A DNA stretch of 64,000 nt from Camelus dromedarius (taxonomy: Eukaryota). Of this stretch, positions 52,845 through 64,000 are shown in pieces. The stretch's first letter is position 1, and the number at the start of each line of letters is the position of its first letter. Location: assembly GCF_036321535.1 (NCBI RefSeq), contig NC_087436.1:58344001-58408000 (forward strand), written 5' to 3'. Below the pieces are notes generated by a model. The model did no database searches. It was not told the DNA's origin and saw only the letters and a program-made list of their open reading frames with translations. The translations under genes were made by a program, and so were the position numbers.

Positions 52845-53245
52845 AAATGGTTTCAACTCCTTCAGGTAAATAACGAGCAGAATGAATTCTGGATTTTATG
52901 ATAAAGGTATGTTTATAAAAAGCTCCTAACTTTTTTCCCACAACCAGCAATGAATCAGAGCTCCTGCAGCTCCACACCCTCGCCAGCACGTGGTGGCACC
53001 AATGTTCCAGACTTTGGCATTCTAATAGGCATGGAATGGTATCCCATTGTGGATTAAATTTGCACATCCCCAATGGCACATGATGTGGAGCATCTTTTCA
53101 TATGTTTATTTTGCAGTCATATATCTTTGGAGAGATGTCAGTTCCATTTTTCAGGAGGATTGTTTTCTTACTGTTAAGTTTGTTAATTTTGGACAACAGA
53201 CCTTTAAAAGAGGTATCTTTTGCAAATAATTCTTCCCAGTCTGTC
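52845..53245 (-). mobile_element. Old L1 ORF2 3' fragment (L1MC-like)
   Basis: 'tcaactccttcaggtaaata...accagcaatgaat...gctccacaccctcgccagc...atttgcacatccc...atgatgtggagcatcttttcatatg'. Confidence 0.8.
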
Positions 53246-53649
53246 TTGAGTATTGAGATATTTTAATCTTTTTTGTCTCCTGATGTTGAAAATACAGAAA
53301 GGAGTCATAATGGCCTTGTTGCAAAACACATTTATTAAAAGAAACTGAAAAGAAAGTTTAAATATGTTATTATCTCATATGACTTTCTGATAGCTAACCT
53401 AGACCTCAAAATACATTTTTAAAAATATTTTGAGTAGATATTCAGCATGAGCTTTCCATCAAGAAATGTTTGGCTGTCATAAATTTTTCAATCCAAAGAA
53501 ACAATATGCTAATAACCCCAATCACTCTCGGCCATGGATCATAACAGAATCTTACACTACTCTTTTATTTGACCATAACAAGGTGGATCAATAGTTGTTA
53601 ATATTATGAGTTGAAAAATAGGCAATAAACTATGGAAGGTCATTTATTG

Positions 53650-53890
53650 CATGCTGTTATGACTAGGGTTCTGTGGTCAGATTGCCTGAGTTCAAATCCC
53701 ATCTTATACCTAATAATGTATACACAGATTTTGCTACTTTATTCTACCTCTGCATGAATTAAGTTTCCTGTGCGAAATCTGAATAATTATACTACTACTT
53801 CATAGAACTGTCAAGATTAAATGAGTTAAAATGCATGAAGAATGCCAAATAGGACCTTGTACACAATAAGGCTTTTACTTAATGTTAGTT
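53650..53890 (+). mobile_element. MIR SINE
   Basis: 'ggttctgtggtcagattgcctgagttcaaatccc...acttcatagaactgtcaagattaaatgagttaaaatgcatgaagaatgcc'. Confidence 0.8.
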
Positions 53891-54173
53891 TATGTGGTGA
53901 TTCTGCTGATTTGCTGATGTTGCTGCTACCATATAGAATTTTACAGAGAAAATACAATTTGTCTAAAATATATTCTGAAGTTCAGAATATCACAGTCAAT
54001 GCTGCTCCACAGAAAAATCTATGAAGTAGCTTTACTAGACATGTGTTCTATGTGTGTACATGTGGGTGCTGAGAGAAGGGGTTGTAGACTGACAATCTCT
54101 GGGCATTAAAGTCAATTCAAAAGCAATCTAGATGTCAGTATACCTTGAAAAATCTCATACAGTCAGGTGAATT

Positions 54174-54514
54174 AATTTGCTTCTCTACAGATAGTAATCC
54201 TTTCTTTAGGAGAAACTCTAAAGCTCTGAAACATTGCTCTGTTAACTACAAGAGAAAAAAACCTGGCAATTTATTATTACTTTATGGTCATCTGTGCAGG
54301 GGTTCATTTATTTTAGTTCAAGTCAGAAATACGATGATGAATATGAGTTTGTTTCTCTCTACAGAATAAGCTTCCCTTTAGGAGAAATGTTAAAGCTCTG
54401 AAACAATGCCTTATTAACTACAATATAAAAAACTTACTATTATTACTTTATGGTCATTTGTGCATAGGCTCATTTATTTTCAGTACCTGAAGTCTTAATT
54501 ATGATGATAAATGA
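54174..54514. repeat. Diverged tandem duplication, 2 x ~174 bp
   Basis: Both units contain tctctacaga..ttaggagaaa..taaagctctgaaaca..ttaactacaa..tattattactttatggtcat.tgtgca..tcatttatttt..atgatga. Confidence 0.9.
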
Positions 54515-54524
54515 TGGATAAATG

Positions 54525-54790
54525 ATGATCTTTCATAGCTACTGGTTACTAAGTGTCTATTATACGCCATTTGCTTTTATGAATTTTTTCTAATTTTTAT
54601 AAAAACTTTCTCTTAAATACTACATTTTAAATAGCTATGCCTATTATTACTTTATTAATTTTACAGATGGGGAGACTGAGGTTTATACAGAGGGTTAACA
54701 TCTATAGTTTCAGAGCTAGTAAAGAATGTGACATAACTAGGATCTGATCTCACTGTTCATGACCAGTCTTAAGAATTGGAGCTGAGCCTG
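54525..54790 (-). mobile_element. MIR relic
   Basis: 'attttacagatggggagactgaggtt...agagggttaac...cagagctagtaa'. Confidence 0.65.
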
Positions 54791-56069
54791 TGTCTTTGTA
54801 GAATCTAAGAATTGTTAATGTATGAGCCACAATATTTATTTTAATTAAAAGTGTTAAATCTGGGACTTTGTCATAGATGGAGATGGCTCAAAAATAACTT
54901 GTTTTCCAAAACTAACCACAAATATATGCCATATCACATGGCTCTCTTTTTTAATATGATGGTGAAGCTCCATATTTAGTGTAATTTTGTGGGGACATAG
55001 GTCTAAACAAATAAAAGATAATCAAAATATATGCAAACATTAGGTTATATAATTCTGATCAAAACTTTCTTAAACATTTATTCTCCCTTAATTATCCTCC
55101 CTAATCCTTTTAGCCAATTTGTTTTGAAACAACTGGCAAAAACTATAATCTTCAAATTTGTTATAAAATCTCAGTTATGTTCATAAATAAATTATTTTTA
55201 ATAATACATTCATGGAAAAAATTGAGTTCCAACTCAATGGTGCCACCTTTCACATAAACAAAAGGAATATGACAGTGGGTGTTAGTGGTGCCACAGCATT
55301 TACTATGGTAATTGCTCCAGAATAATCATAGCAGAATGAAAAAAATCTTGCTTGCAAGAAGAGAATCAAGTTCTTCTTCAAACTAATTTTATATAAACAC
55401 ATGCCACTACCATCACTGACTACTAAAATGTGCACATTTTATTCCCCTGGAATAAAATCTCAGGGCAAGGATGATCATAGATGGAGATCTTTATATTTCC
55501 AGGATTTAGCTGCATGTTTACAGACAGTTTTCTTAATTTAATAACTAAGTAAATAATATAGCTATGTTTCATGTAAGTTGTAGGAGTCTCTTTTATTATC
55601 CAGGTCAGAGAAAATAAAAATCTATTTTTTTCTGGAGTGCCTATTTATTCTTGTGTTGCACAGTTTAGATTGAGGATAAACAGGTCATATATATATTTAG
55701 AGTTTATTTATTATTCAGGTGTTATTATAGCATATTCTAGTTATATAAAGAAAATAAGATATTTAATATAATAATTAAACATATTGCTTCAGTGCGTATC
55801 AATTAATGCATGTTCAATAAATTGAAGTTCTACAAAATAACTTTCTTTCGAAAAAAATCAGCCTAATATCTTCAGAATTGTATTAGCTTCTCACAGATCA
55901 CTTTATAGCTTATTTAAATATTAACTTAGAAAACAAATTTTTCATCTTCTAAAGCTTCTCAATGGTGCTGAACTTTGTTTAAACAGAAACTTCAGTTCCT
56001 GGCTAGCACAGGCCTGCATGCTGATGATTGTAAGATTTAATAATGAATGCCATGACTTAACAGATGATA

Positions 56070-56240
56070 TAGACTTTCTAACCCATCACCTATTGGAATC
56101 TCACAGTAAACTGTGAAATCATTTAGGTACTTTTTTATCCTCATTTTACAATTCAGGAATATTTACTCAGGGAAACTGCTTAAGAGCCAGACAGGAATAA
56201 GATTAGTGCTTTTGACTCACTTTCTGCTACACCACTTTAG
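56070..56240 (-). mobile_element. MIR relic
   Basis: 'aatctcacagtaaactgtgaa...aggtactttttatcctcattttaca'. Confidence 0.5.
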
Positions 56241-56779
56241 GTGATGAGGATGACTGTCCAGAACCAAGAGCTAAATAATATACTCTACAAATTACCACGG
56301 GATAATGGAAGCCTCTTAAACATTCTTAGGAAATCTTCTCTTTTGAAAGAGATTGGTGGTCACTGTGAACAAATAAACTCTGTAAAAATATCAAAGGAAA
56401 AATAGAATTGCAGCAAAATTTTTAAACTTACTTTGTTTCTCATTCTTACCACTCTCTTTTATAGGAACGTTATCTTCTCAGATATTCACACATAGACTTA
56501 ACAGAAACAAGGAGAATGTGGAAACAGCAGAAATTCCAAGAGAAATTATTTTCCCTTTCTAATGGCCATTCACTTACGAGACTTCTTATGATTGTAAGAA
56601 ATTTTTGAAAATATTACCTAATCATGAATATAGATAAAACCATATTTATACCGAAAATTGTGACCTTAGTTACGTTGACAGTTTCTGAATATTGCTGGAG
56701 AATATTATGAAAGTGTCTTATATAACCTCTTATAGATTCTCTGTATGAAATCTCAGGTTGATTCCTACTGTGACTCAGA

Positions 56780-57990
56780 AATATTTTCAATCACCCCTAA
56801 ATGTCTTTCCCCAGCAGCATTTCCAAACCTTTTCCACTCTCCACTCCAACTCCTCAGTGTTCCACTGCCTTAAGTATTACTGAGATGATTATAACCACTT
56901 CCCATGAATTCCCTCAACTTTCCTTCTCTGTATCAACAAAATGATTTTTTCTTTAGCTCAATAGTCCAGTATTTACCAAATCTTTCTTTTTAACATCTTT
57001 CTAAACCAAACTGCTATTAAATTTTTTTTTCCTCCCCTCAAGATTTTTTCTACTCAATTCAAAAATACCCCCACATGTTTAATGTTTCACTAAACTCTAG
57101 CTATTCTCATACACATAATTTCCCCTTCAAACACTGAAGAAAGACTACTGGTGTTACTCAGTCCTTCCCATCCACTCACTCCTTACTGTTTGTACTGGTC
57201 TTCCATTAACACCAGTAACAGTATAAAGAAAATTTCTCTCTGCAATTTAATCAGTGGGTCCTTCATGTCTAGAATCCATGAACTTGGTACAGCTAACATC
57301 CAAAGAATATTCAAGGACAGTTATCATAACCACCCCCAAAAGAAGGATTTTCTCCTCAGGGATAATGATCTCCACTGCTTCCTCTTTTAATTTCAAATGT
57401 GCTCTTTCTTTATTTCCTTTTTTCATAAAATATAAGTATTTGCCATCATATATCAATAGGGTTCTCTCTTCTACTATATCCATCGTTGGCAATCTCATCC
57501 AACATCAGCTTCAACTTTTACCTCCAGACAATTTGAATCTCTGCTCTATCCTTTCTCTATAGAACCCCAGTTTCAGTTTCAGTTATATCCTGATACCTAT
57601 ATTCAGACAGGGGTTAAAATTCCAACCCTGACATATATTAGCTACTTAATTTTGGTTAAGTTGACTAACCTCACATCCTTAGTTTCCTAATATATATAAA
57701 CACCTCTGTGAGGACTGAGTAAATAATTTATGCAAAACCTATGTAACTATGCCTTTCACAGTAAGAATTCAGTAAGTGTTCGCTACTATTTACACTTACT
57801 CTACATATGCCTTTCATTTTATGCTTCTTACATCTCTTAACTTTGTATCTGTCTAGTTCTAAAGGTAAAAAGCTAGGATAGCTATCCTAGTCTGAGAACT
57901 CACTACCTCCCATTTGGACAATTTCAACAGATTCCCAACCAGTTTCCCTAATTTTAGTTTCTTGACCTCTAATCTAATCTATAACTTATA
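56780..57990 (+). mobile_element. L2 relic (pyrimidine-rich) interrupted by a MIR
   Basis: 'ttctctcttctactatatccatcgttggcaatctcatcc...gcttcaac', 'tggacaatttcaacagattcccaaccagtttccc'. Confidence 0.5.
57600..57790 (+). mobile_element. MIR SINE
   Basis: 'tcagacaggggttaaaattcc...actaacctc...ttagtttcct...gtgaggactgagtaaataatttatgcaaaac...cagtaagaattcagtaagtgttcgctactatt'. Confidence 0.75.
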
Positions 57991-58454
57991 TTGTAGGATG
58001 CTGTTTTCTGTTTTCTAAAGTGTGTGTATATATAAATTTTGGCTAAACTATGAATGGTAGGTAGGTAGTACATGACATTTATTAGGGTAGTTCAGAAGGA
58101 GAGAAGAGTATCAGAAAAGTGGACTCTGGATAAGGAACAAACCCTCTCTTTCTTTGCTATTTCCTAAGATATTAAATTCAGAAACCTTAGTTTGATATTC
58201 AAAACCTATTATTTCCTTATTTCAATCAACCATGCCAATCTTATCTGGTCCCTAAAATAGACAAGGTTCAAGGGAAACTGTTGGTCGTTCTATACTATAA
58301 AAAAGTGGGGGAGGATGGTGAAACTTCATAAATGACAAAGTGTTGAACTCAACAAATCTCCAAAAGAAAGTAATAAAACTGGATGAAATCGGCCAAAAAA
58401 ATTCTCACTTATAAACCTGACAAAAGGCATACAACGAATTAAAAATCACTTATG

Positions 58455-58462
58455 AAAGAAAC

Positions 58463-58501
<39 letters not shown>

Positions 58502-58502
58502 A

Positions 58503-58546
<44 letters not shown>

Positions 58547-58556
58547 GCAAGCAAGC
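58455..58556. repeat. (GAAA)n tetranucleotide microsatellite grading into (GCAA)n
   Basis: Direct reading. Confidence 0.97.
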
Positions 58557-59099
58557 CAGCCCGCACGACTGAACATTACATAGAAGAGTGAGGCTGTGGC
58601 ATTTTAGCCTCATCCCCAACCTCACTCCTCAATTCTATTAGAAGGTAGTTCTAGTAGGTGAGGAAGGATATGAAAACCAACAGCTTCCATTCCAGGCAGT
58701 GAGAATTTGATTCAAAATGGTATGTGGGGAAAAAATCATACTCAGAGGCATTATAGAAAATGTTAACAATCTTGGTATCAAACAATCAAGAAAGATCAAC
58801 ATCTTAGCAAGCTTGAAGTTACAATACAAGTTTGATCAAGCAACACACCAGAAGACTAGCTAGAAATGTAACAAGATCATCTGGGGAATAAGAGAGTCAT
58901 AATAGACCTTGATAAACTCCCATTAATCCCATAAATTTCCTCAACATGATAAAGGGCTTGCATGGAAGATATACTGCTAACTCACACTCAAATTTCAATG
59001 ACTAAATGTTTTCCATCTAAGATTGGAAACAGAGAAGTTTCCCTTGCCTCAAAGTTATATTAAGCATTGTACTAGAGGTTTTAAACAGTACAATTAGGA

Positions 59100-59155
59100 G
59101 AATAAATAAATAAGTAAATAAATAAATACAATACAATACAATACAATACAATACA
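59100..59155. repeat. (TAAA)n(TACAA)n compound repeat within L1
   Basis: Direct reading. Confidence 0.85.
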
Positions 59156-60595
59156 CCCAGATTAGAAAGGAAGGAATAAAATTCTTCGGATAATACGATC
59201 CTGTTTGTAGAAAATCCTAAGAGATGCACAAAATATTCTAGAACAAACTACTGATTTCATCAAGGTCACAAGTGATGACATCTATATATATACATACATA
59301 TATATACACACAAATTATTTTTATATATTAGCAAGAACAATCTGAAAAATTTCATGAAATGATTCATTCACAGTAACACCAAACTGAATAAAATCCTAAG
59401 GATCAAATTAAAAGTGTAAGTCCTGTATAGTAAAAACCAAAAAAAATCATTAAAATAATAATGACTATTGATTATTATAAATTTTATAATTTATCTACTA
59501 TATAATACATGATACATTATTATATTAAAATAATACTGTTCTAAATAAATTGAGATATATTCTATGTTTATGAAACACAATACTCAGTATTGTTAGGACA
59601 ACAGTTTTTTTTCAAATTGACCTATAAATTCAACATAATCCTTGTCAATTTCCCAGAAAACTGTTCTGAAGAAATTAAAAGCAGATTCTAACAGTTATAT
59701 AAAAATGGGAAAGATAGAGCAGTCAAATATAAGTTTGAAAAAAGAGGATAAGAGAATCTACTGGATTTCAAAACTTACTGTAAATCTACAACTTACTACT
59801 GGCATAAAGATAAGCATATAGATAATTAGGACTGAACAGGATTGAAGGTTCAGAAAAAGCCCAATATTGATGGTCAACTGATTTTCAACAAAGGTGCTAA
59901 GGCTATTCAATGAGGGACAGGATAATCTTTTTAAGAAAGAGCAGTAGGCAAATTGTATTTTCACATGCCAAAATACTGCCTCATACCACATTCAAATACA
60001 AACAGCCCCTAAATATAAATATGTAAAATTTTAAGAAGACAACAGGAAAAATCATAATGATCTTGAATTACTCAGAGAATTCTTAGATACATGGCCAAAA
60101 GCAAGATACTTTAAAATATTTACAAACTGAACTTGAATAAATTATAATCTGCACTTCAAAAAGCACCATTAAGAAAACTAGGGAAAAAAGACTGAAAGAA
60201 ATACTTGCAAAATACATATCTGATAAAATAATTTTATGAAGTATATATAAAGAATATTTAAAATTAAATAATAAGTTGAAGAATCTAATTAAAATACATA
60301 TAAGATTTGGACAAATATTTTATCAAAGAAAATATACAGATGACCAATAAGCACAGGAAAAGAGTATCATTAATCGTTAGGGAAATATAAATTAAAACCT
60401 TAATTAAGTATCACTTCATATGTTTCACAAAATTGACAAGAATGTGAAGAACCAGGACTCCTTATATTTTGCTAGTGGGAATGTAAAACTGCACTCAATC
60501 TGGGAAACAGTTGTGCAATAACTTAAGAAATTAAACATTAATTTACCAAATGACCAAGCAAATCCCTTCTAAGATACCTAGCTACTCAAGAAAAA

Positions 60596-60976
60596 TATTA
60601 TGAACTGAATGTACATATCCCTCCAAAATCTGGGTGTTGAAGCCTTCAACCCTCAGTGCCGCTGCATTTTGAGAGAGGGTCCCTAAGGATGTAAAGTTAA
60701 AAGAGGCCATAAGGGTAAGGCCTGATCTGAAAGGATTAGTGTCCTTATAAGAACAGGCAACAAAGATCTTGCTCTTTTTCTCTGTCCATGAACATACAAA
60801 GAAAAGGTCTTGTGAGCACACAGCAAGAAAGCAGCAACCCAAGAGAACTCTCACCAGACACCAAACCTACTGGAACCTTTATCTTGGTGCCCAGAACTGT
60901 GAAAAAAACAAATTTCTGTTGTTCAAGGTACCTAGCCCGTGGTATTTTGTTACAGCAGCCTAAGTAGATTAGGATA
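60596..60976 (+). mobile_element. MaLR solo LTR (MLT1A-like) nested in L1
   Basis: 'tatgaactgaatgt...gttgaagcc...gaggccataagggt...ggattagtgtccttataaga...aaatttctgttgttcaag...tggtattttgttacagcagcc'; L1 resumes as 'aaatgaaatatgtatgtccacac'; TSD-like aaaaa/caaaa. Confidence 0.9.
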
Positions 60977-61699
60977 CAAAATGAAATATGTATGTCCACA
61001 CAATGACTTTTACATAAATATCTGCAGCAGCATTTTTCATAATAATCAAAAAACAGAAACAAAGTCTTAACTTTTGAATGGAAAAACCAAATGTGATCTA
61101 CTACTACAGTGGAATACTATTCATCATTAGAAGAAACATATTCTTGATATACACTACAACATGGATGAACATCAAATGTTCATTCTAAGTGAAAGATGCC
61201 AGACACAAAAGACTACATATTGTCTAATTCCACATGTATGAAATGCTCAGAAGTGGTAAATCTGTAGAAAGAAATCTGTAACTGGCTAAAGGTGATGTGG
61301 GAATGGGGACTGACTGATTGTAAATGGGCATGAGGGATTTTACTGGTGAAAATGTTCTAAATTCTGGATTCTGGTGATGGTTGCACAACTTTGTAAATTT
61401 ACTACTAATAATTGAACTGTCTTTTAAAGTAGATGGATTTTATGGTATGTAAACTATTCCTCAATGCATCTGTTGGAAGAGGAGAAGGAAGAGGATGAGG
61501 AGAAGCAGCAGTAGATGTAGCAGCAGCAAAAAAGGAAGATAAGCACAACTGTGATGGGAAAAAACAGAAGTGGAGTATCTGGGTCGTCAAAATTGGATAT
61601 CCTCACTGGCTAGCAGGAGTGGAGGGATATCTATTTCTTACAGTAAAATGTTTGAGAGGTATATACAATTGTTAAGCTAAGGTTTAATCTACTAGAACA

Positions 61700-62100
61700 G
61701 TGATGACCCAAAAAGGGTGGGTTTTAAATAAGATCTAGGATTTCTCTCATATATAGCAGTCCACCCAGGGCAGTTCTGCCTCTCAGGAGAGCCATGTTCC
61801 TTCTATCTCATTGCTCTGAAACCCTCTAGGTGTTGTCCTTTCGTGCATAGTCAAAGCTAGGTCACAGCCATAGCAGTATTCCAGCTCACTGAAAGGGGAG
61901 AAGTGTTAGTCTAGAGCAAGTAGCTTGCCTTTAAGTTGGAAATGACTTGTAACTTGCCCATACTTCTACTCACATTCTATTGGCCTTCAATATCACTGTA
62001 AAGAAAACATGGAAATGTGCTACTTGAGGGGTGTGGGGGGAGCATGGATCCTGCTAAAACTGCTACTGTGGAAGAGGAGAAAAATCTATTTTGAACAGTT
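61700..62100 (-). mobile_element. Old MaLR LTR (MLT1J/K-like)
   Basis: 'ttccttctatctcattgctctg...ctaggtgttgtcct...tattccagc...atacttctactcacattctattggcc...ggaaatgtg'. Confidence 0.6.
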
Positions 62101-62514
62101 TAATACAGCAGATGAGAAGAATTTACTCAAATTATGGCAACAGATAATATAAATAATACACAGAAACTGCTGATAGTAAAGAGATTAATCTTAAGTAACT
62201 AGCAAGTACCCTGACTCCAATGACAGGGTTTCTACACACAGTGAGAAAGTCAGACAGGCTGCATCTGTAGCGTGTGGAAATGAGTGGCTGGACATTAATC
62301 CTAGGGCTGAAGTTCAAATAAAGGACTTCAATTTACAAAATAAATCTATAAAAGAAAGGTAGGGTCTGAAGATATAAGTGACTACAGGTACTGACCAGAT
62401 AATTACAGGTCATGAAAATAAAACAGATCCACAATTAATGGAAACCTGGTATTAATGTGGTCCTGAGAAGACAGGAGAATTCAAGTTGCTAATACACTTA
62501 ACCAAAATTTTTGC

Positions 62515-62852
62515 ACACCCTGCCATCCCCAGATGTTCACATCATCTGCTCCCTTTCATCTTTCTGATCTCTGCTCAAAAGCCATTGTCTCAGAAAGTTC
62601 TTTTCCTGACTGTTCTATTTAAAATGACACCCCCAATGTCATCATCTCCATTCCTCTGATGCTGCTGCATTTTTTATTTTTCATACCAGCCCTTCAACTT
62701 GAAATTTTATATATTATTTGTAGCACCCTCAACAAGAATATACATCCCAAGAGAGCAGGAAATTTGTTTTCACTGCTATACCATAAGTTCCTAGATTAAT
62801 TCCTAGCTCAGAGCAGACACTCAACAAATATTTAATTAATTGAGTGAATGAA
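62515..62852 (+). mobile_element. L2 3' end
   Basis: 'tctctgctcaaaagccattgtctcagaaag...ccaagagagcaggaaatttgttttcactgctatacc...cactcaacaaatattt...gagtgaatgaa'. Confidence 0.8.
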
Positions 62853-64000
62853 CATAGATTAGCAGCATAGCAAGGTTGGTAACAAAGCTGAGATGATGCC
62901 AAAATACTTCAAATATACTGTTATATTTAGTACTAAATACTGGGTTTACACTGAATATGCAGGGAACAAATAAGTATTTCCAGCTGTGTGTGAGGAAGGA
63001 GGTAGAAGTACAGAATTAAGGTCAGTACTCCTAGAAATCCCAGAACAACTCATTTTACTGCTACTGAGAACTTTATAATTTATTGTTCATTGTATCATGC
63101 TAAACATAAAATACTTGAAGCTAGAAACCACAGTGATGCATCTTCTTATCTCTTTCACTAATTATTACAGTATTTTGCAAATTATAAGCTGTTAATAATA
63201 TCTATTTGGATGGAATAAGAAGTGAATCAATAACTAGCAAACAATGGATGATAATTTTCACAGATTACAGAGCATTTTTTATTCAAATAAACAAGCTTTA
63301 TTCACTACTTTGATAATCTGATCAATTAAAAAATGCTTTTAATTTAAAAACATTAACTATCTCACTTTAAGTAAAAGAAAAGATAGTAATCACAGACTAT
63401 GCATATAAAAGAATTCCAAAACAGGATCTCATTACTCTTTACCTACTTCTGTCCAACTCAGTTAGGAAACAATCCATGTTTTCATGTAACAGCACACTGC
63501 CATGACACTGAGTTATATAGCAGACAATGCCAAATACGCAGTAAAAATCCTTTGAGAGCATTAGTTAATGCATATGCGTAACACTTTTATATTATAAAAC
63601 TTGGGGGCTTATCTCTTTCTTTAATGTGAAAAGCAATTACTGTGCTGTAAATATGGAATAATTATTTTTAAAATATCACTTGTTCTTAAAATACAGTGGA
63701 GGCATTGTGCCTTTGAAGCAGCATCTTTGAGCTCAAACCATTTTCAGTACTTGTGCCACAATAAAAAAAAAAAAAAACTAAGACTTTGCTATATGAAGGC
63801 TGATGCCATTATTAATGTCTTTAATCATGCTTAATTTTCCTTGCTGAATCATGATTTTCTCCATGCTGAGTTCACTGCCCTACCACTGGTTTCGGAAAGA
63901 TGTGATCTTGAAGCTCGGAACAGGATAAAGACCTTGACAGAAAAATCACCTTCCTGTCCATGTGGCCTGATACTTCTGTTCTCAGTCCAGCTCCACCCCC

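Larger units (their letters stand above)
58300..61465 (+). mobile_element. Old L1 (L1MC/MD-like): 5'-region remnant joined to the ORF2 3' half and 3'UTR, with a nested MLT1 LTR
   Basis: ORF2 motifs 'ttcctcaacatgataaagggc', 'gatttcaaaacttactgtaaa', 'atggtcaactgattttcaacaaaggtgc'; 3' end 'gtggtgatggttgcacaac'-like ('tggtgatggttgcacaactttgtaaatttact') and 'tttatggtatgtaaactattcctcaat'. Confidence 0.88.

Noticed and set aside
54334..54401. C/D-box snoRNA (ATGATGA...CTGA, ~68 nt)
   Set aside because: No terminal stem and no recognisable rRNA/snRNA guide; the motif pair spans the duplication junction. An Infernal/snoscan hit would be needed to revive it.
1..64000. Named host gene or novel multi-gene system
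   Set aside because: No exon translated to a protein I can recognise, and the window is dominated by known repeat classes, so no gene symbol or new system can be supported

Overview
AT-rich, CpG-depleted placental-mammal genomic DNA (large intron or gene desert). It is most likely camelid, judging by a tRNA-derived SINE at ~23.0 kb that resembles my recollection of the camelid SINE, and by the absence of recognisable Alu, Bov-tA/BovB or PRE elements. I can support no intact protein-coding gene, RNA gene, CRISPR array or prokaryote-type system. The recognisable ORFs are decayed LINE-1 ORF2 pieces, and the rest look like chance ORFs. The window is a mosaic of L1 copies of several ages, L2/MIR relics, MaLR/ERVL/ERV1 solo LTRs, DNA-transposon relics and microsatellites. 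The most notable structures are: (i) an 819-bp Mutator-like (MULE/Ricksha-type) DNA transposon with ~110-bp TIRs built from 15-nt repeats, a 9-bp TSD and a readable PRTNN transposase remnant; (ii) a twin-priming 5'-inverted L1; (iii) an L1 with a fold-back palindrome at its 5' junction; (iv) a clean ERV1-type solo LTR with a 4-bp TSD; (v) a diverged ~174-bp tandem duplication; and (vi) several unverified minus-strand small-exon candidates. Subfamily names come from recalled consensus motifs, not from a database search. I found no convincing undescribed biological system.
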